64,000 nucleotides of DNA from IMG/VR virus record IMGVR_UViG_3300022843_000001, positions 1 through 64,000 of that record; one strand, written 5' to 3'. The DNA is from a virus. The notes under the pieces were generated by a model. It did no database searches, had not been told where the DNA came from, and worked only from the letters and a program-made list of their open reading frames with translations. Of this stretch, positions 19,878 through 30,036 are shown piece after piece (the first letter of the stretch is position 1; every line of letters begins with the position of its first letter). The translations under genes were made by a program, and so were the position numbers.

Positions 19878-21776
19878 CTATAATTCATTAGTTAATTTAA
19901 GTTCTATGTCTGACAACAATGTGCCGTCGTATGTGTGTCCAAAAAATGCATTAGTTCCCGAATCATAACTAAACAATTCCGTACTAACATTCGATTTTAT
20001 TACAGTATCTTCGTTAGTTTCTAATTCTTCAAAGGTCAAATCTTCGTAAGCATGAAGAGCGGTTGTATCGTAAAAGTGCAACAAATCAACCCAATTTTCA
20101 CTTCTTCTCTCTTTGTAACTTCTACTATTTTTGATCTCTAACTCTAGTTCAAAAAAGAATTCGGCGACCCTGTCTACCCTACCAGTTATAGTTATAATTG
20201 GGTCAAGAACCCTTGTATAACCACTTCCCCCGTTTGTAATATTTATACCAGATAGTCGACGGGATGAGTCTAAAACTGCATTACCTGTTGCAAGAGTTGC
20301 ACCAGTAATACCAGAAGGAGAAAATGTTATAGTAGGTGTTACATTACTTGGATATTTATAACCCGAAGAAACGTCTACTGATTTTATCTGGCCTGTCAGA
20401 GCATTTGTAGTTATAGAAGTTGTGGTGTTCGTGGTTGTGTAACCAGCACCAGCCGTTGCCATACTAATATATGCAACACCTGCCGCTGTAACACCCGAGG
20501 GTATAATCTGACCTCTACTGTTGAGTGTGACAACTGCTGCTGCACCTGTTCCATCACCCGTAACTGCTATTATTGGTGCAACTGTATAACCTAATCCTAG
20601 ATCTTCTATTTCAATATATGATACATTAGTACCAGAAAGAATAGTCGTGCCCACCTGTGCCGATCTATGTATTTGTATCGCAAAATTCGCATTGCTTAAA
20701 CTTATAAACTTGTGAATTTTATGTACTAAATCTTCCGCCCCTATCAATCCAGGCTGAAGTAGTGGCATCATAGAGTTTCGTTGTTGAAGATATATCAGTA
20801 TTAATATCTCACCAAAGAACTTAAATCCTGCAGGGTGAATCAATTTGTTGAATGCATTTTCCCAGTACGATACGTTAGTACCTGTCCGGATTAGATATGA
20901 AAACTTCTGATAAAAGAAAGAATCTTGAAGTTTCTTATAATCAGACAAGAATCCACTATTGTCGATGAATTTACCCGAGGTAAACTCCGACCCATCTACA
21001 ACACCCTCGGCATTAAACGTTTCTTTATACGAAGATGCATCTTGGTCCCAGCGGCCGTCGGATGGTATAAGCATATCGTTGGCGGGATACTTAATTTCTA
21101 CGTTGTCTCCAATAAGAATCTTGAAGAACACCGCGATTGATTCCTCAGAACCACGTTCTCTATAGAATTGAGTTATATTCTTATATAACAACTTCTTATC
21201 TGTTTGAAGTTCGCGAGGTATAGTTGCTGCAATTTCTTTTTGAATAAACTTAAGATAAGAATTTTGAATAGTATCAATATCTCGTTCTTCAAGTAGGGTA
21301 TCAATTGCGTGGGTGGGATTGTCACCAACGTATCTAATAACATTGGTAACTAGCTTCAATTGTTTTAATTCGTATCCAATAAGATCGTCGTGGTTAATAT
21401 TAAACAGAACACCATATGTTACTAAAGGCGTTGTTAAGGCATCGGGTAAATCATCCGTACCGCCAACGTAATTTGTAGCTGGCATTGATATTTCAACACC
21501 ATTATTATCATATAAAGTAAATGTATTGTTTGTGCTATAGAAGTAATCGTTGGCGTCTGCTTTAAATATGACATGGTTATTAACAACTGTTGCATAATAA
21601 GTCTGTGCCGCAAGATTATACGAATGGCCAAACAGATTCATGAAATCGTAATATGCATCCATCATTGTTATCAGCAATGCAGAGTCTTCTCTCAACTCTA
21701 ATGGAATCATTCCTTCTATACGAACACTTTCCTTGGTTTTACGTCTAGCAGAAGCTACTGTTTCGATTACACTCAT
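19878..21776 (-). CDS. gp7: Baseplate wedge initiator gp7-like
   Basis: FYRERGSEESI..FF, LIPSDGRW, LQDSFFYQKFSY, LIHPAGFKFFG; synteny gp6-gp7-gp8. Confidence 0.85.
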   Translation of the reverse strand: MSVIETVASARRKTKESVRIEGMIPLELREDSALLITMMDAYYDFMNLFGHSYNLAAQTYYATVVNNHVIFKADANDYFYSTNNTFTLYDNNGVEISMPATNYVGGTDDLPDALTTPLVTYGVLFNINHDDLIGYELKQLKLVTNVIRYVGDNPTHAIDTLLEERDIDTIQNSYLKFIQKEIAATIPRELQTDKKLLYKNITQFYRERGSEESIAVFFKILIGDNVEIKYPANDMLIPSDGRWDQDASSYKETFNAEGVVDGSEFTSGKFIDNSGFLSDYKKLQDSFFYQKFSYLIRTGTNVSYWENAFNKLIHPAGFKFFGEILILIYLQQRNSMMPLLQPGLIGAEDLVHKIHKFISLSNANFAIQIHRSAQVGTTILSGTNVSYIEIEDLGLGYTVAPIIAVTGDGTGAAAVVTLNSRGQIIPSGVTAAGVAYISMATAGAGYTTTNTTTSITTNALTGQIKSVDVSSGYKYPSNVTPTITFSPSGITGATLATGNAVLDSSRRLSGINITNGGSGYTRVLDPIITITGRVDRVAEFFFELELEIKNSRSYKERRSENWVDLLHFYDTTALHAYEDLTFEELETNEDTVIKSNVSTELFSYDSGTNAFFGHTYDGTLLSDIELKLTNEL

Positions 21777-21778
21777 TA

Positions 21779-23638
21779 TTAATGTCTCGAAGTTGTCTCG
21801 TAATTAATGGCACCGGCAGAACCAGCAGTCGCAATTGTATCTACTTCGCCGTTAACTGAAACACTCAATAAATCAATTTCAATTAGTTGATTGCGTTTTG
21901 GCGCAATATCATACGAGTTAGGAGTTACTGTTACTTTAATTACGGTTGCATTGTCTGGAGTAAAATTACTTAATAACACCACTCCAGTTACAGGGTTCAT
22001 GTTACCCGCCTCTGCTATAACCGTGATTTTCTCGTTGCTTCCACCCAATTTGTAGACGTATACTGTTCGGCTTGTGGAATCGGTAATCGGCTTGTCTCCA
22101 AAATAATGATTGACACCATCTATTAGAAAGGCACTTGACGACAAAGTTTGTTCGGCCGAATCAGAAACATAAGTAGGAGCGGAATAATTCAACGTAATAG
22201 AATTGGTAACACCAGCATTTGGAGTAACATTTTTGTACATAAATACGCGAACATTAGAATTCAATATGCCGCTATCACTTGTGTCAATGTTATTGAGAAG
22301 TTTGGAGTGTCTTAGCACGCCATCAAAACGTCTTAACTCTGTGAGATTATATTCAGTTATCTTTTGTATAGCCAAGGCCTGCAATTCTGCTTGTGTTCTG
22401 TCCGTCAGATTGGGATTATACTTAAAGAATACTTCAAGTGATATGTAGGTATATTCAGGGTCGAGAAATACAGGAGTTATTGATACAACATTCTTACCCT
22501 TCAATATCGAGGTAACATCGAGCTTTGCCTGGGCAGATAAGAAACTGCCTGACTTTGGTTTGATTGATATGTAGACTTTGCCATAATCTGGAGGATCACT
22601 ATTTTCACCGCCCCAGGTTGATATAGCTTCAATGTCGCCATATTCCTTAACAAGAATTGCACGATAATCGTCTGCAGTTACAGCACGATTCTGTGTAATG
22701 AAAGTCAAAGGTGCGTTGAATCTAATCGAATCCAAATCTTCCCTATCGTCACCGCCAATAGATAAAGCGCCTACCGTAGAAGTGGTCACTACTACATTTG
22801 TGTTACCTTCGATATTTGATGTGAAGGTATAGGGTGCGGTTGCGTCTTTGCCAGCGCCATTTCCTGCTACACCAGAGGAGTGTATATATTCAATTTCTAC
22901 GATATTATTCGACACCAATTTATTACCGATAATACCGTCACCAAAATAGATTTCGTAATAACCACTATTGTTTTCTTGTAGAAAGAATATGTTAGAATTT
23001 CCGTCTGGACTTACAAATGACGTAAACTGTTTGTATATCTTATAACTTTCCGCTTCTTGATTTTCTCGTACTCGAACTATCATTGTGGTAGTGTCGATGT
23101 TATTATCTGGAATATCGAATCTTTGATTGCTTGTGCTATTATCAACACGGTCCTTAACGGTTTTAAATACACCCTGTTTTATCACAACATCGCTGAAGGT
23201 GAATGTATTTGTAGAAGATAGAGTTACTGTTTTAGAATCCGTGACAATGAATGGATATTCAACACCGTCAATTATTGAGGATAAAGCAGAGCCGCGAGAC
23301 AAAGTTAAGGTAGTTGGTGGTGCGCCAATCGGGGTAGGAACACTTATGTCAACAACAGCAGTAGCGCCCAGGGTTGACCTAGGAATATATCCCAATAGTT
23401 TACCATGAGATACCACGTTGCCCCGAATCTGTGCAGAATCAAGGAATGCTTCGTTAACCGTGAAGTGAGCATTCAATGCGTTGTAGTGTGTATTATAAGC
23501 AAGTAGATCTAAAAAGATACTCATGCCCGAACCATCAAAGTTATAGTCGTTAAACTTTGATTGACTCTCTAGATACGATTTTAAGTTGGTGCGTATCTTG
23601 TCAAAATCTAATTCTGTGGCGTTTAATTGTGTTGCCAT
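21779..23638 (-). CDS. gp6: Baseplate wedge subunit gp6
   Basis: ELDFDKIRTNLK..DYNFDGSGMS..LDLLAYNTHYNA; QNRAVTADDY. Confidence 0.95.
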   Translation of the reverse strand: MATQLNATELDFDKIRTNLKSYLESQSKFNDYNFDGSGMSIFLDLLAYNTHYNALNAHFTVNEAFLDSAQIRGNVVSHGKLLGYIPRSTLGATAVVDISVPTPIGAPPTTLTLSRGSALSSIIDGVEYPFIVTDSKTVTLSSTNTFTFSDVVIKQGVFKTVKDRVDNSTSNQRFDIPDNNIDTTTMIVRVRENQEAESYKIYKQFTSFVSPDGNSNIFFLQENNSGYYEIYFGDGIIGNKLVSNNIVEIEYIHSSGVAGNGAGKDATAPYTFTSNIEGNTNVVVTTSTVGALSIGGDDREDLDSIRFNAPLTFITQNRAVTADDYRAILVKEYGDIEAISTWGGENSDPPDYGKVYISIKPKSGSFLSAQAKLDVTSILKGKNVVSITPVFLDPEYTYISLEVFFKYNPNLTDRTQAELQALAIQKITEYNLTELRRFDGVLRHSKLLNNIDTSDSGILNSNVRVFMYKNVTPNAGVTNSITLNYSAPTYVSDSAEQTLSSSAFLIDGVNHYFGDKPITDSTSRTVYVYKLGGSNEKITVIAEAGNMNPVTGVVLLSNFTPDNATVIKVTVTPNSYDIAPKRNQLIEIDLLSVSVNGEVDTIATAGSAGAINYETTSRH

Positions 23639-24082
23639 TTATCTTACCCTGTCCAAATAAAAGTCTATGCTAACGTCTTCTTCTAGGTTAACAACTGAGA
23701 AATTGAGAGAAACAAACAGTGAATTATTTTCTTCTTGATTTGTTATCTGTATATAGTTAACGCTTACTCGAGGTTCGTATTTTGTGAGTACTCTCATCAT
23801 TTCTTGTTTTATAGAACCTATAGTTACGTTGTCTGCAGGTTCAAATAAGAGATCACGAACACCCGAACCTAACCATGGCTGAAACAATCGTTCTTGCTTT
23901 GAGGTTAATATCAAATTCTTTACTGATTGTTTAACCGCGTCTAAATCCAACAATGGGAGTATATCACCATGGGCCGGATTCTGTTTCAGACTTAAGTCTA
24001 GATCGGAATAACCCTTTGATCGTGATACGATACGGGATTTTTCGCCGAGTATACTCTTGTCGCTTAATATTTCTGTAGACAT
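23639..24082 (-). CDS. gp25: Baseplate wedge subunit gp25
   Basis: YSDLDLS, AVKQSVKNLILT..ERLFQP..GS..LLFEP, YEPRV. Confidence 0.95.
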   Translation of the reverse strand: MSTEILSDKSILGEKSRIVSRSKGYSDLDLSLKQNPAHGDILPLLDLDAVKQSVKNLILTSKQERLFQPWLGSGVRDLLFEPADNVTIGSIKQEMMRVLTKYEPRVSVNYIQITNQEENNSLFVSLNFSVVNLEEDVSIDFYLDRVR

Positions 24083-24087
24083 ATGTT

Positions 24088-24095
24088 TATTTATA
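24088..24095 (-). promoter_or_regulatory. T4-type late promoter, 5 nt before gp25 ATG
   Basis: TATAAATA AACAT ATG. Confidence 0.8.
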
Positions 24096-24126
24096 CCCTA
24101 TCTATGAAAGAATATCAGTATTTGTT

Positions 24127-25017
24127 TTATTCATGTGAATGGGTGTCAAGAGAGACATTAGATGAATCTATAGTTGCTCCTGTTATACCACCTACAGCAG
24201 ATATGGTTGACCCAGCGGAGATTGCAGTACCTGCCGTGATCGATGTACCTGCAATGATGCTTCCACCAACACTCAAGTTGCCTGTAATCGTGGTGGAGGC
24301 ACACGTTAATATAGTACTTCCCCCGACAGTTATGTTAGCATCAGAATCAATATTGACTTGCATTGCACCCGTGATATGCACCTTGTCATTGCCCGTGGTT
24401 ACAGACCATTTGTTTCCATTTCGGGTGACCATATCTCCGTTGGGGTGTATTTCAACGAGTGTGCCGCTTTTGTGCTTTATTCTTATACGTTCAGCACTAG
24501 GAGTATCATCCATTTCTATGATATGGCCTGCAGGACTCTCAATTACTTTATTGTTTGGATATACAGCAGCATAGGGTGAAGCGGGCTCATTTATTATAGA
24601 ATCGGGTGTGTATGATATTGTATCCGTGCCGGTAGCAAGTTTATTAACGTCACTTCTATTTAAATAATCGCTCTTGGGATAATTACCTGTCACATCCGAG
24701 AATCCTTTCGATGTGTCGGGCATTCCGCCCTGTAACGCCATCATTGTTCCTATAATAACTGGGTCTTGGTGCGAATCTCCATCTTTGAAAAACCCAAACA
24801 CCCAACTACCTGCATATAATCCATGAGGGGATGCTCCAAGGCCGGACATTCCAGACGAGGTACAGGGCATCATAACAGTTGCCCATGGTAAATCCTTGGT
24901 GGGTATTAATGTTTTGTCGTCGGTGTGAAAACCAAAACACCTTGCACGAACTCTATTTAACATGCTCGGGTCTTGTATGTCTTCAATTACACCTGAAAAC
25001 CACATAAAATTATTCAT
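24127..25017 (-). CDS. gp5: Baseplate central spike gp5 (OB-fold + beta-helix, no lysozyme domain)
   Basis: WFSGVIEDIQDP..RVRARCFGFH..LPWA..GSWVFGFFKDG; ESPAGHIIEMDDTP. Confidence 0.92.
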   Translation of the reverse strand: MNNFMWFSGVIEDIQDPSMLNRVRARCFGFHTDDKTLIPTKDLPWATVMMPCTSSGMSGLGASPHGLYAGSWVFGFFKDGDSHQDPVIIGTMMALQGGMPDTSKGFSDVTGNYPKSDYLNRSDVNKLATGTDTISYTPDSIINEPASPYAAVYPNNKVIESPAGHIIEMDDTPSAERIRIKHKSGTLVEIHPNGDMVTRNGNKWSVTTGNDKVHITGAMQVNIDSDANITVGGSTILTCASTTITGNLSVGGSIIAGTSITAGTAISAGSTISAVGGITGATIDSSNVSLDTHSHE

Positions 25018-26342
25018 TATGTTTTACTCGGTACATTTTCATTTAAACTTACGTCTGTACTGTCTCTAACTATTCTTACTATACATTTATACACGCCCTT
25101 TTCGAAAGAATGAACGTTGTTTATTACCAAGTATTTACCTGACATAAACCGATCAATGTTATGTTCGGCATCAATAGCGCTTAGATCATCGAGCGCGGGG
25201 TCGATAGGTTTCGGTAATAGAATATCAACAATAGAACCGCTACTTAGCTCGGGATTGCCAGGGACGGTCATGCTATGAACCATTGCCTGTATATTCTCCT
25301 CTATTGAATTGGTTATACCAAACATAGGAGCTATGGTTGAATTATAATTTTGTTCATTATCAAACAATAATGAGCTCTTGTTGATAATACTAAAATATGT
25401 ATCACCAAACTCCGAGAGTTCGAGATTCTTGAACTTTATACCCGAGGAATAAAGAGACTGGGTATTGATAATGTTTTTGTTGTTGTATTTGAATAAGTGA
25501 TTTTTATAAGTTTTCTTCGATGTATCGACTTCAAGAGTATTGGACGAATACACACCATTATTCTGTGCTGCCAACTTAGAGAATCCCAATTCGGACGACA
25601 AGTCAATAATATTATATTTGTCTTCATTAAACCCTGCGGCAGCATGTGGGTCACCAGCATTGTCATTACTTGCTTCTTTGTTTTTAAGTGCGTTCTTTTT
25701 ATACACGCCTCGTACCTTTCGTTCAAGCATCGGTTTAAATGATTCTATTCTAATGCCATCAAACAATGTTTCATAAACAAAAAACTTATAGCCCAATTCA
25801 TCGTATGCACGCTCAAGCAATGTGTCGATTGCTTCGTTTATGTTCATGTTAGGAATAATACCCTTGATATTACCGGCAGACGTTAAACTGACGTTTGCGA
25901 CCGGCGTATCTAAATCTCCTTCTATTAGATTTTTAATAATACTTACAACAGATCCGTTTATCTTTTTTGATACTCTTACTATACTTGCGAGATATCCATG
26001 TTTTGATATGCATGATAATTTATATATCTGAGTATTGTTACCTTGGCGAGAATACAATGGTATATCAACGACATAGCACTCCTTTTCGAAAATCTCAAGT
26101 TCTTCTCCATTATGTTTTGCCAATACAAAATTGATCTTTTCGTTTCCAGATATCTTAACTAGATTGAAAAAATCCGCGGCATCAACTATAGAGAATTCAT
26201 ACGTTAGCGTCGATGTGTATACACTTTCCACAATTTCCACGCTCTGAATCAAGTCGCCTATATCCCAGGTAATACCGGCATGGTTGGTAAGTTCTATCTT
26301 CTTAAATTGATACGATGTAGCCGATATATTAGACTGACCCAT
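25017..26342 (-). CDS. Baseplate hub protein (gp27-like)
   Basis: Position between gp53 and gp5; VPGNPELSSGSIVDI, MSGKYLVINNVH typical of hub/tail proteins. Confidence 0.65.
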   Translation of the reverse strand: MGQSNISATSYQFKKIELTNHAGITWDIGDLIQSVEIVESVYTSTLTYEFSIVDAADFFNLVKISGNEKINFVLAKHNGEELEIFEKECYVVDIPLYSRQGNNTQIYKLSCISKHGYLASIVRVSKKINGSVVSIIKNLIEGDLDTPVANVSLTSAGNIKGIIPNMNINEAIDTLLERAYDELGYKFFVYETLFDGIRIESFKPMLERKVRGVYKKNALKNKEASNDNAGDPHAAAGFNEDKYNIIDLSSELGFSKLAAQNNGVYSSNTLEVDTSKKTYKNHLFKYNNKNIINTQSLYSSGIKFKNLELSEFGDTYFSIINKSSLLFDNEQNYNSTIAPMFGITNSIEENIQAMVHSMTVPGNPELSSGSIVDILLPKPIDPALDDLSAIDAEHNIDRFMSGKYLVINNVHSFEKGVYKCIVRIVRDSTDVSLNENVPSKT

Positions 26343-27132
26343 TTAACAACCTTTTGAATTTTAAAGCAAAATCTTGAATTAATTCAGGACGGATTGCTCT
26401 TATTGCAGATCGTTTATCATTCAATTCAGTTTCCCATTCTCTATTACTGACATAGGTTAAGGTATTATTCCCAGCACCGCCAGGGATGAATAAACTATTG
26501 TCAGTAATAAGACCATTAGCATCGGTGTAATATTTTGGAGCAATCTTTCGTTGGAATACCTGCCATGACGATATAAAATCTAATGAAGTTTCCCCTTGTA
26601 CGTTCTCAGGATCCCCTGTTGCTCCCCCAGGTTTAAATGACCCTGTGACGTTCTCTAATGTGATATGATTATATCGAGAGTTCTTGGCCACGATTTTTCC
26701 TGTAGCGCCAGACAAACTACCCGTTATTGTTTCTCCAATGGTGAAACGACCTGCCACACTATCCAGATAGTTAGTAATCAATTGATCGGAATTTCTTTGT
26801 ATTGTAGGCAAAGCGCTTATCACAACACCGGCATACTCTTCATCCATATATTTTTCAAATTCCTGTGAAGACAATGGCCAACCAGACAATCCTCCATGTA
26901 GCGTGTCATTAACGATAAAGAAAGTCCAGTAATAGTCAGGAGTTCCATATAACTTATATGATACAACATCAGGTCTCTCGCCATCGTGTATCTGATAATA
27001 TTTGTAACCATTGGCATCATCGATTATATTTTCACGAACATGTATATATCGGAAAATGTCCTTGATGTTAGTCTTAACACTATCGGTACCGAATTCATAT
27101 TTGGTGTATGGAAATGGTTTAAAAAATGACAT
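26329..27132 (-). CDS. gp53: Baseplate wedge subunit gp53 (LysM-like)
   Basis: YQIHDGERPDVVSYKLYGTPDYYWTFFIVN. Confidence 0.92.
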   Translation of the reverse strand: MSFFKPFPYTKYEFGTDSVKTNIKDIFRYIHVRENIIDDANGYKYYQIHDGERPDVVSYKLYGTPDYYWTFFIVNDTLHGGLSGWPLSSQEFEKYMDEEYAGVVISALPTIQRNSDQLITNYLDSVAGRFTIGETITGSLSGATGKIVAKNSRYNHITLENVTGSFKPGGATGDPENVQGETSLDFISSWQVFQRKIAPKYYTDANGLITDNSLFIPGGAGNNTLTYVSNREWETELNDKRSAIRAIRPELIQDFALKFKRLLNGSV

Positions 27133-27135
27133 TAT

Positions 27136-27930
27136 TTAACTCCTTTTAGCGCCATAAGAACGAACCTTATATTTTTCAAGATTATCAATGTCTTTTTGTG
27201 ATAATGATCTAGTCTCTTGAAATGAAATTGCAACATCAACTTCGCTTGGCTCACCATTTTCGAAGAACACACTAGACGTTGGATTATATGAAACATTCAT
27301 AGAAGTCATGTAGGTTTCATAAATTTTCGAAATGTGTTCCATTTCGTCTTCGCCGTTGAAGAATGATATTTCGAACTTAGAAGGATATTTAAGTATAAAA
27401 GCGTCTTGTTCTTTCGGGTACATATTACGTCTAAACGCATTAATAATAGAGGTAATCACTTTTGATTCGTCTGCATTAACTGCAATCAATTTAAATGCAA
27501 AAGAATAAGATCTAGGTGTGATGCCTGTAAATGTAACATTGGTATAAGAATTCATTACCTTTTTGTTAGCAAAGGAGAAAACTTCTCTTGCAGAAGAAAA
27601 TGAAGCGCCAGGGACCACATTAGCAAGAACAGTTGCCGCAATGGCAGATCCCCAATTACCACCCGAGGATTGTTTTAGATTTCTCATTGCGCCAGAAATT
27701 GCACTACCAGTTGCCTTGGCAAAATCTCCAATACCGCCACCTGCAAGCACAGCACTACCTATTGCGCCAAGATTCATTGTACCATAACCAGCGCCATCTG
27801 CAAATGCAATACCTATAGGCATGTGAAAGTTTATTTCTTCTACCTTATCTGCATCGATAATCTTGAACTTAATAAAGGGATGAATCTTTCCTAAGTCCGA
27901 AGGAAATCTGTGTATTGTGGTTTCTGCCAT
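27136..27930 (-). CDS. gp48: Baseplate tail tube cap gp48
   Basis: FTGITPRSYSFAFKL, LKYPSKFEI, MNVSYNP..FFENGEPSEV...FQET. Confidence 0.85.
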   Translation of the reverse strand: MAETTIHRFPSDLGKIHPFIKFKIIDADKVEEINFHMPIGIAFADGAGYGTMNLGAIGSAVLAGGGIGDFAKATGSAISGAMRNLKQSSGGNWGSAIAATVLANVVPGASFSSAREVFSFANKKVMNSYTNVTFTGITPRSYSFAFKLIAVNADESKVITSIINAFRRNMYPKEQDAFILKYPSKFEISFFNGEDEMEHISKIYETYMTSMNVSYNPTSSVFFENGEPSEVDVAISFQETRSLSQKDIDNLEKYKVRSYGAKRS

Positions 27931-27943
27931 GAGGTGGTTACCT

Positions 27944-27951
27944 TATAAATA
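27944..27951 (+). promoter_or_regulatory. Late promoter TATAAATA for gp4
   Basis: Exact box; divergent overlap with gp48 promoter. Confidence 0.8.
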
Positions 27952-27968
27952 ACTTTTTTGTATGTGTT

Positions 27969-27976
27969 TATTTATA
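27969..27976 (-). promoter_or_regulatory. Late promoter TATAAATA for gp48 operon
   Basis: Exact box. Confidence 0.8.
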
Positions 27977-27977
27977 T

Positions 27978-28418
27978 ATGGCTTATAGCGGAAAGTTTGT
28001 ACCTATTAATAAAAATAAATATAAGGGTGACTGGAACAAGATAGTATACCGATCAACTTGGGAGAATGCTGCGTTCAAATGGTTGGATATGAATCCAGAC
28101 ATTAAGTTTTGGAATTCAGAAGAAGTGGTAATTCCTTATACATGTGCTACCGACCGGCGCAGGCATAGATATTTTGTCGATCTTTGGTTCGAGACCACGA
28201 AAGGAAAGAAGTATCTAATAGAAATTAAACCAAACAAAGAAACTAAACCACCCAAAAAAGGGGTAAGACGTACTAAAAAATATATACGAGAATCAATGAC
28301 GTATGCAAAGAATATGTCTAAATGGAATGCTGCCTCTGAATTTGCGTTAGACAATGACTGTGTATTCTTTATATGGACAGAGATCGAACTTAAGTCTCTT
28401 GGCATTAAAATTATGTAG
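27978..28418 (+). CDS. gp4: Head completion protein gp4 (TnsA-like nuclease fold)
   Basis: MAYSGKF.P.N..KYKGD...IVYRSTWE, HRYFVD, LIEIKP, NMSKWNAA. Confidence 0.95.
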   Translation: MAYSGKFVPINKNKYKGDWNKIVYRSTWENAAFKWLDMNPDIKFWNSEEVVIPYTCATDRRRHRYFVDLWFETTKGKKYLIEIKPNKETKPPKKGVRRTKKYIRESMTYAKNMSKWNAASEFALDNDCVFFIWTEIELKSLGIKIM

Positions 28419-28450
28419 CACATACCAACCTGCCTCGGCAGAACTTAATT

Positions 28451-28479
28451 ATTATAACACAATAACTAACATTTGTCAA
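28451..28479 (-). promoter_or_regulatory. Consensus sigma70 promoter pointing antisense into gp4
   Basis: TTGACA-17-TATAAT. Confidence 0.75.
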
Positions 28480-28499
28480 CCATTATCTGAAGCAAATTT

Positions 28500-29327
28500 C
28501 TATAGTTTTAATGTCCAACCAGATCTGGTTTTATAATTAGGCCTGTTTAAAATTCTGCTAATCTGCCATTCCGATAGATTTAAATCTGCTACCATCTTCG
28601 CTCTAGTGCCAGAAAATGAGGCACCCGATATATTGATTAATGTGTATATCTCTTCTGCTCTGCGCGCTATATACGCGATTCTGGCCATTGACATCTTTTG
28701 TCTGGTTTCCTCTGATGCTTTTTTACCTTTCGATGCTATTGACATATTGCGCTTGGCTTCCTCAGAATGTCTTTTACCAGTTCTCGTTATCGACATTTTC
28801 CGTTTAGTTTCGTCTGACATATTTAACGCAGCAGTCCTCATACGAGCTTTTGTTTCGTCTGACTTGGCGTGGTGTAAACGCGCTTTTGTTTCGTCGGACA
28901 TATTTAACTTAGCAATTCTCATACGAGCTTTTGTTTCGTCTGATCGCTTTCTACCTGTCCTTGATAATGACAGCTTTCTTTTATGTTCCACGGACTGAGG
29001 TGTGCCCAAGGTATTAAACCCCGATGCAGTTGCTTTAGATCTATTATAAAATAAAGGATTTCTTGATACATTATGATCATTATGAAGATCTATTTCATTC
29101 TGGGAAGCTTCGTCTCTCGTATCAAATATTGAAATGATGATCTTTTCGAAAGATAACATACCTTGTATTGATATGGACTCATCAAGATATTTTGAAGAAC
29201 CCATATATGGATCATCTTCAGGTAAACATTTACAAGATCTGACACCGATGTAATATCGACATCTATCTGTGGGATGCAAATTAGTTATTAGATAGGTGTA
29301 GTGATAGGTATAAATAGAATTATGCAT
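28500..29327 (-). mobile_element. Free-standing GIY-YIG homing endonuclease (Seg-like) with NUMOD3-type repeats
   Basis: YTYLITN..YYIGVR..PYMGSS; repeated SDETKARM / HSEEAKRNMS motifs; inserted between gp4 and gp2 on opposite strand. Confidence 0.9.
29309..29316 (+). promoter_or_regulatory. Late promoter TATAAATA upstream of gp2
   Basis: Exact box. Confidence 0.6.
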
Positions 29328-29354
29328 TTCAATATCTCAGTTATTGTGATGATA

Positions 29355-29387
29355 GAATCGGAAGGTTCTTCAACCACCTTCCGATTC
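29355..29387. promoter_or_regulatory. Perfect 12-bp hairpin in endonuclease/gp2 leader
   Basis: GAATCGGAAGGT-9nt-ACCTTCCGATTC. Confidence 0.75.
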
Positions 29388-29395
29388 GTTTCTAT

Positions 29396-29403
29396 TATTT
29401 ATA
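29396..29403 (-). promoter_or_regulatory. Late promoter TATAAATA for GIY-YIG endonuclease
   Basis: Exact box. Confidence 0.65.
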
Positions 29404-29448
29404 ACAAACCCATTTTGTGGACGATTACAATGGCAATAAAATAACAAT

Positions 29449-30036
29449 ATGAGTTCATTATTCGACAAACTACAATCCGCGGCCTTTAGAAAAGGAATCA
29501 CAGCGCGCACCAAAGAATCCAATGAGTGGTTTCGTGATCGTATCAAAGATATGGGCACGATTAATCGAAATCAATTGCTTAAGGATGAAAGATTGCAGAA
29601 ACGACAAAGATTTGGTGTAGGCAATCTTTATATGTTTTTCTATAATCCCAAACATCGTAAAACACTTCCTTATTATGATGCATTTCCTCTAGCAATTATG
29701 GTAGGGCCCGCACCAGACGGCTTCTACGGGCTTAATCTGCATTATCTACCACCTACGTTGCGTGCCAAATTGTTTGATGAGTTATTGACTATAGCCTCAA
29801 ATAAGAGATTCGACGAAACGACTAAGTTTAAGTTGACGTATGAATTATTGGCAGGAGTACAAAGGTTCAAATTATTCAAACCTTGTTTAAAGCATTATCT
29901 TACAAGTCAAGTACAGAAACCTGTGGCGTTGGTCGAGGCCAGTGAATGGGAATTAAGTATTTTCCTACCGACAGAAAGTTTCAAGAAAGCCAAGAATAGT
30001 AGAGTTTGGTCCGATTCGAGGAAAGCAGCAAAATGA
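29449..30036 (+). CDS. gp2: DNA end protector gp2
   Basis: GNLYMFFYNPKHRKTLPYYDAFPL, GFYGLNLHYLPP..RAKL, FKPCLKHYL. Confidence 0.95.
   Translation: MSSLFDKLQSAAFRKGITARTKESNEWFRDRIKDMGTINRNQLLKDERLQKRQRFGVGNLYMFFYNPKHRKTLPYYDAFPLAIMVGPAPDGFYGLNLHYLPPTLRAKLFDELLTIASNKRFDETTKFKLTYELLAGVQRFKLFKPCLKHYLTSQVQKPVALVEASEWELSIFLPTESFKKAKNSRVWSDSRKAAK

Noticed and set aside
28606-28998. Plus-strand 130-aa ORF with RAFVSSD repeats
   Set aside because: Antisense shadow of NUMOD3 repeats in the endonuclease
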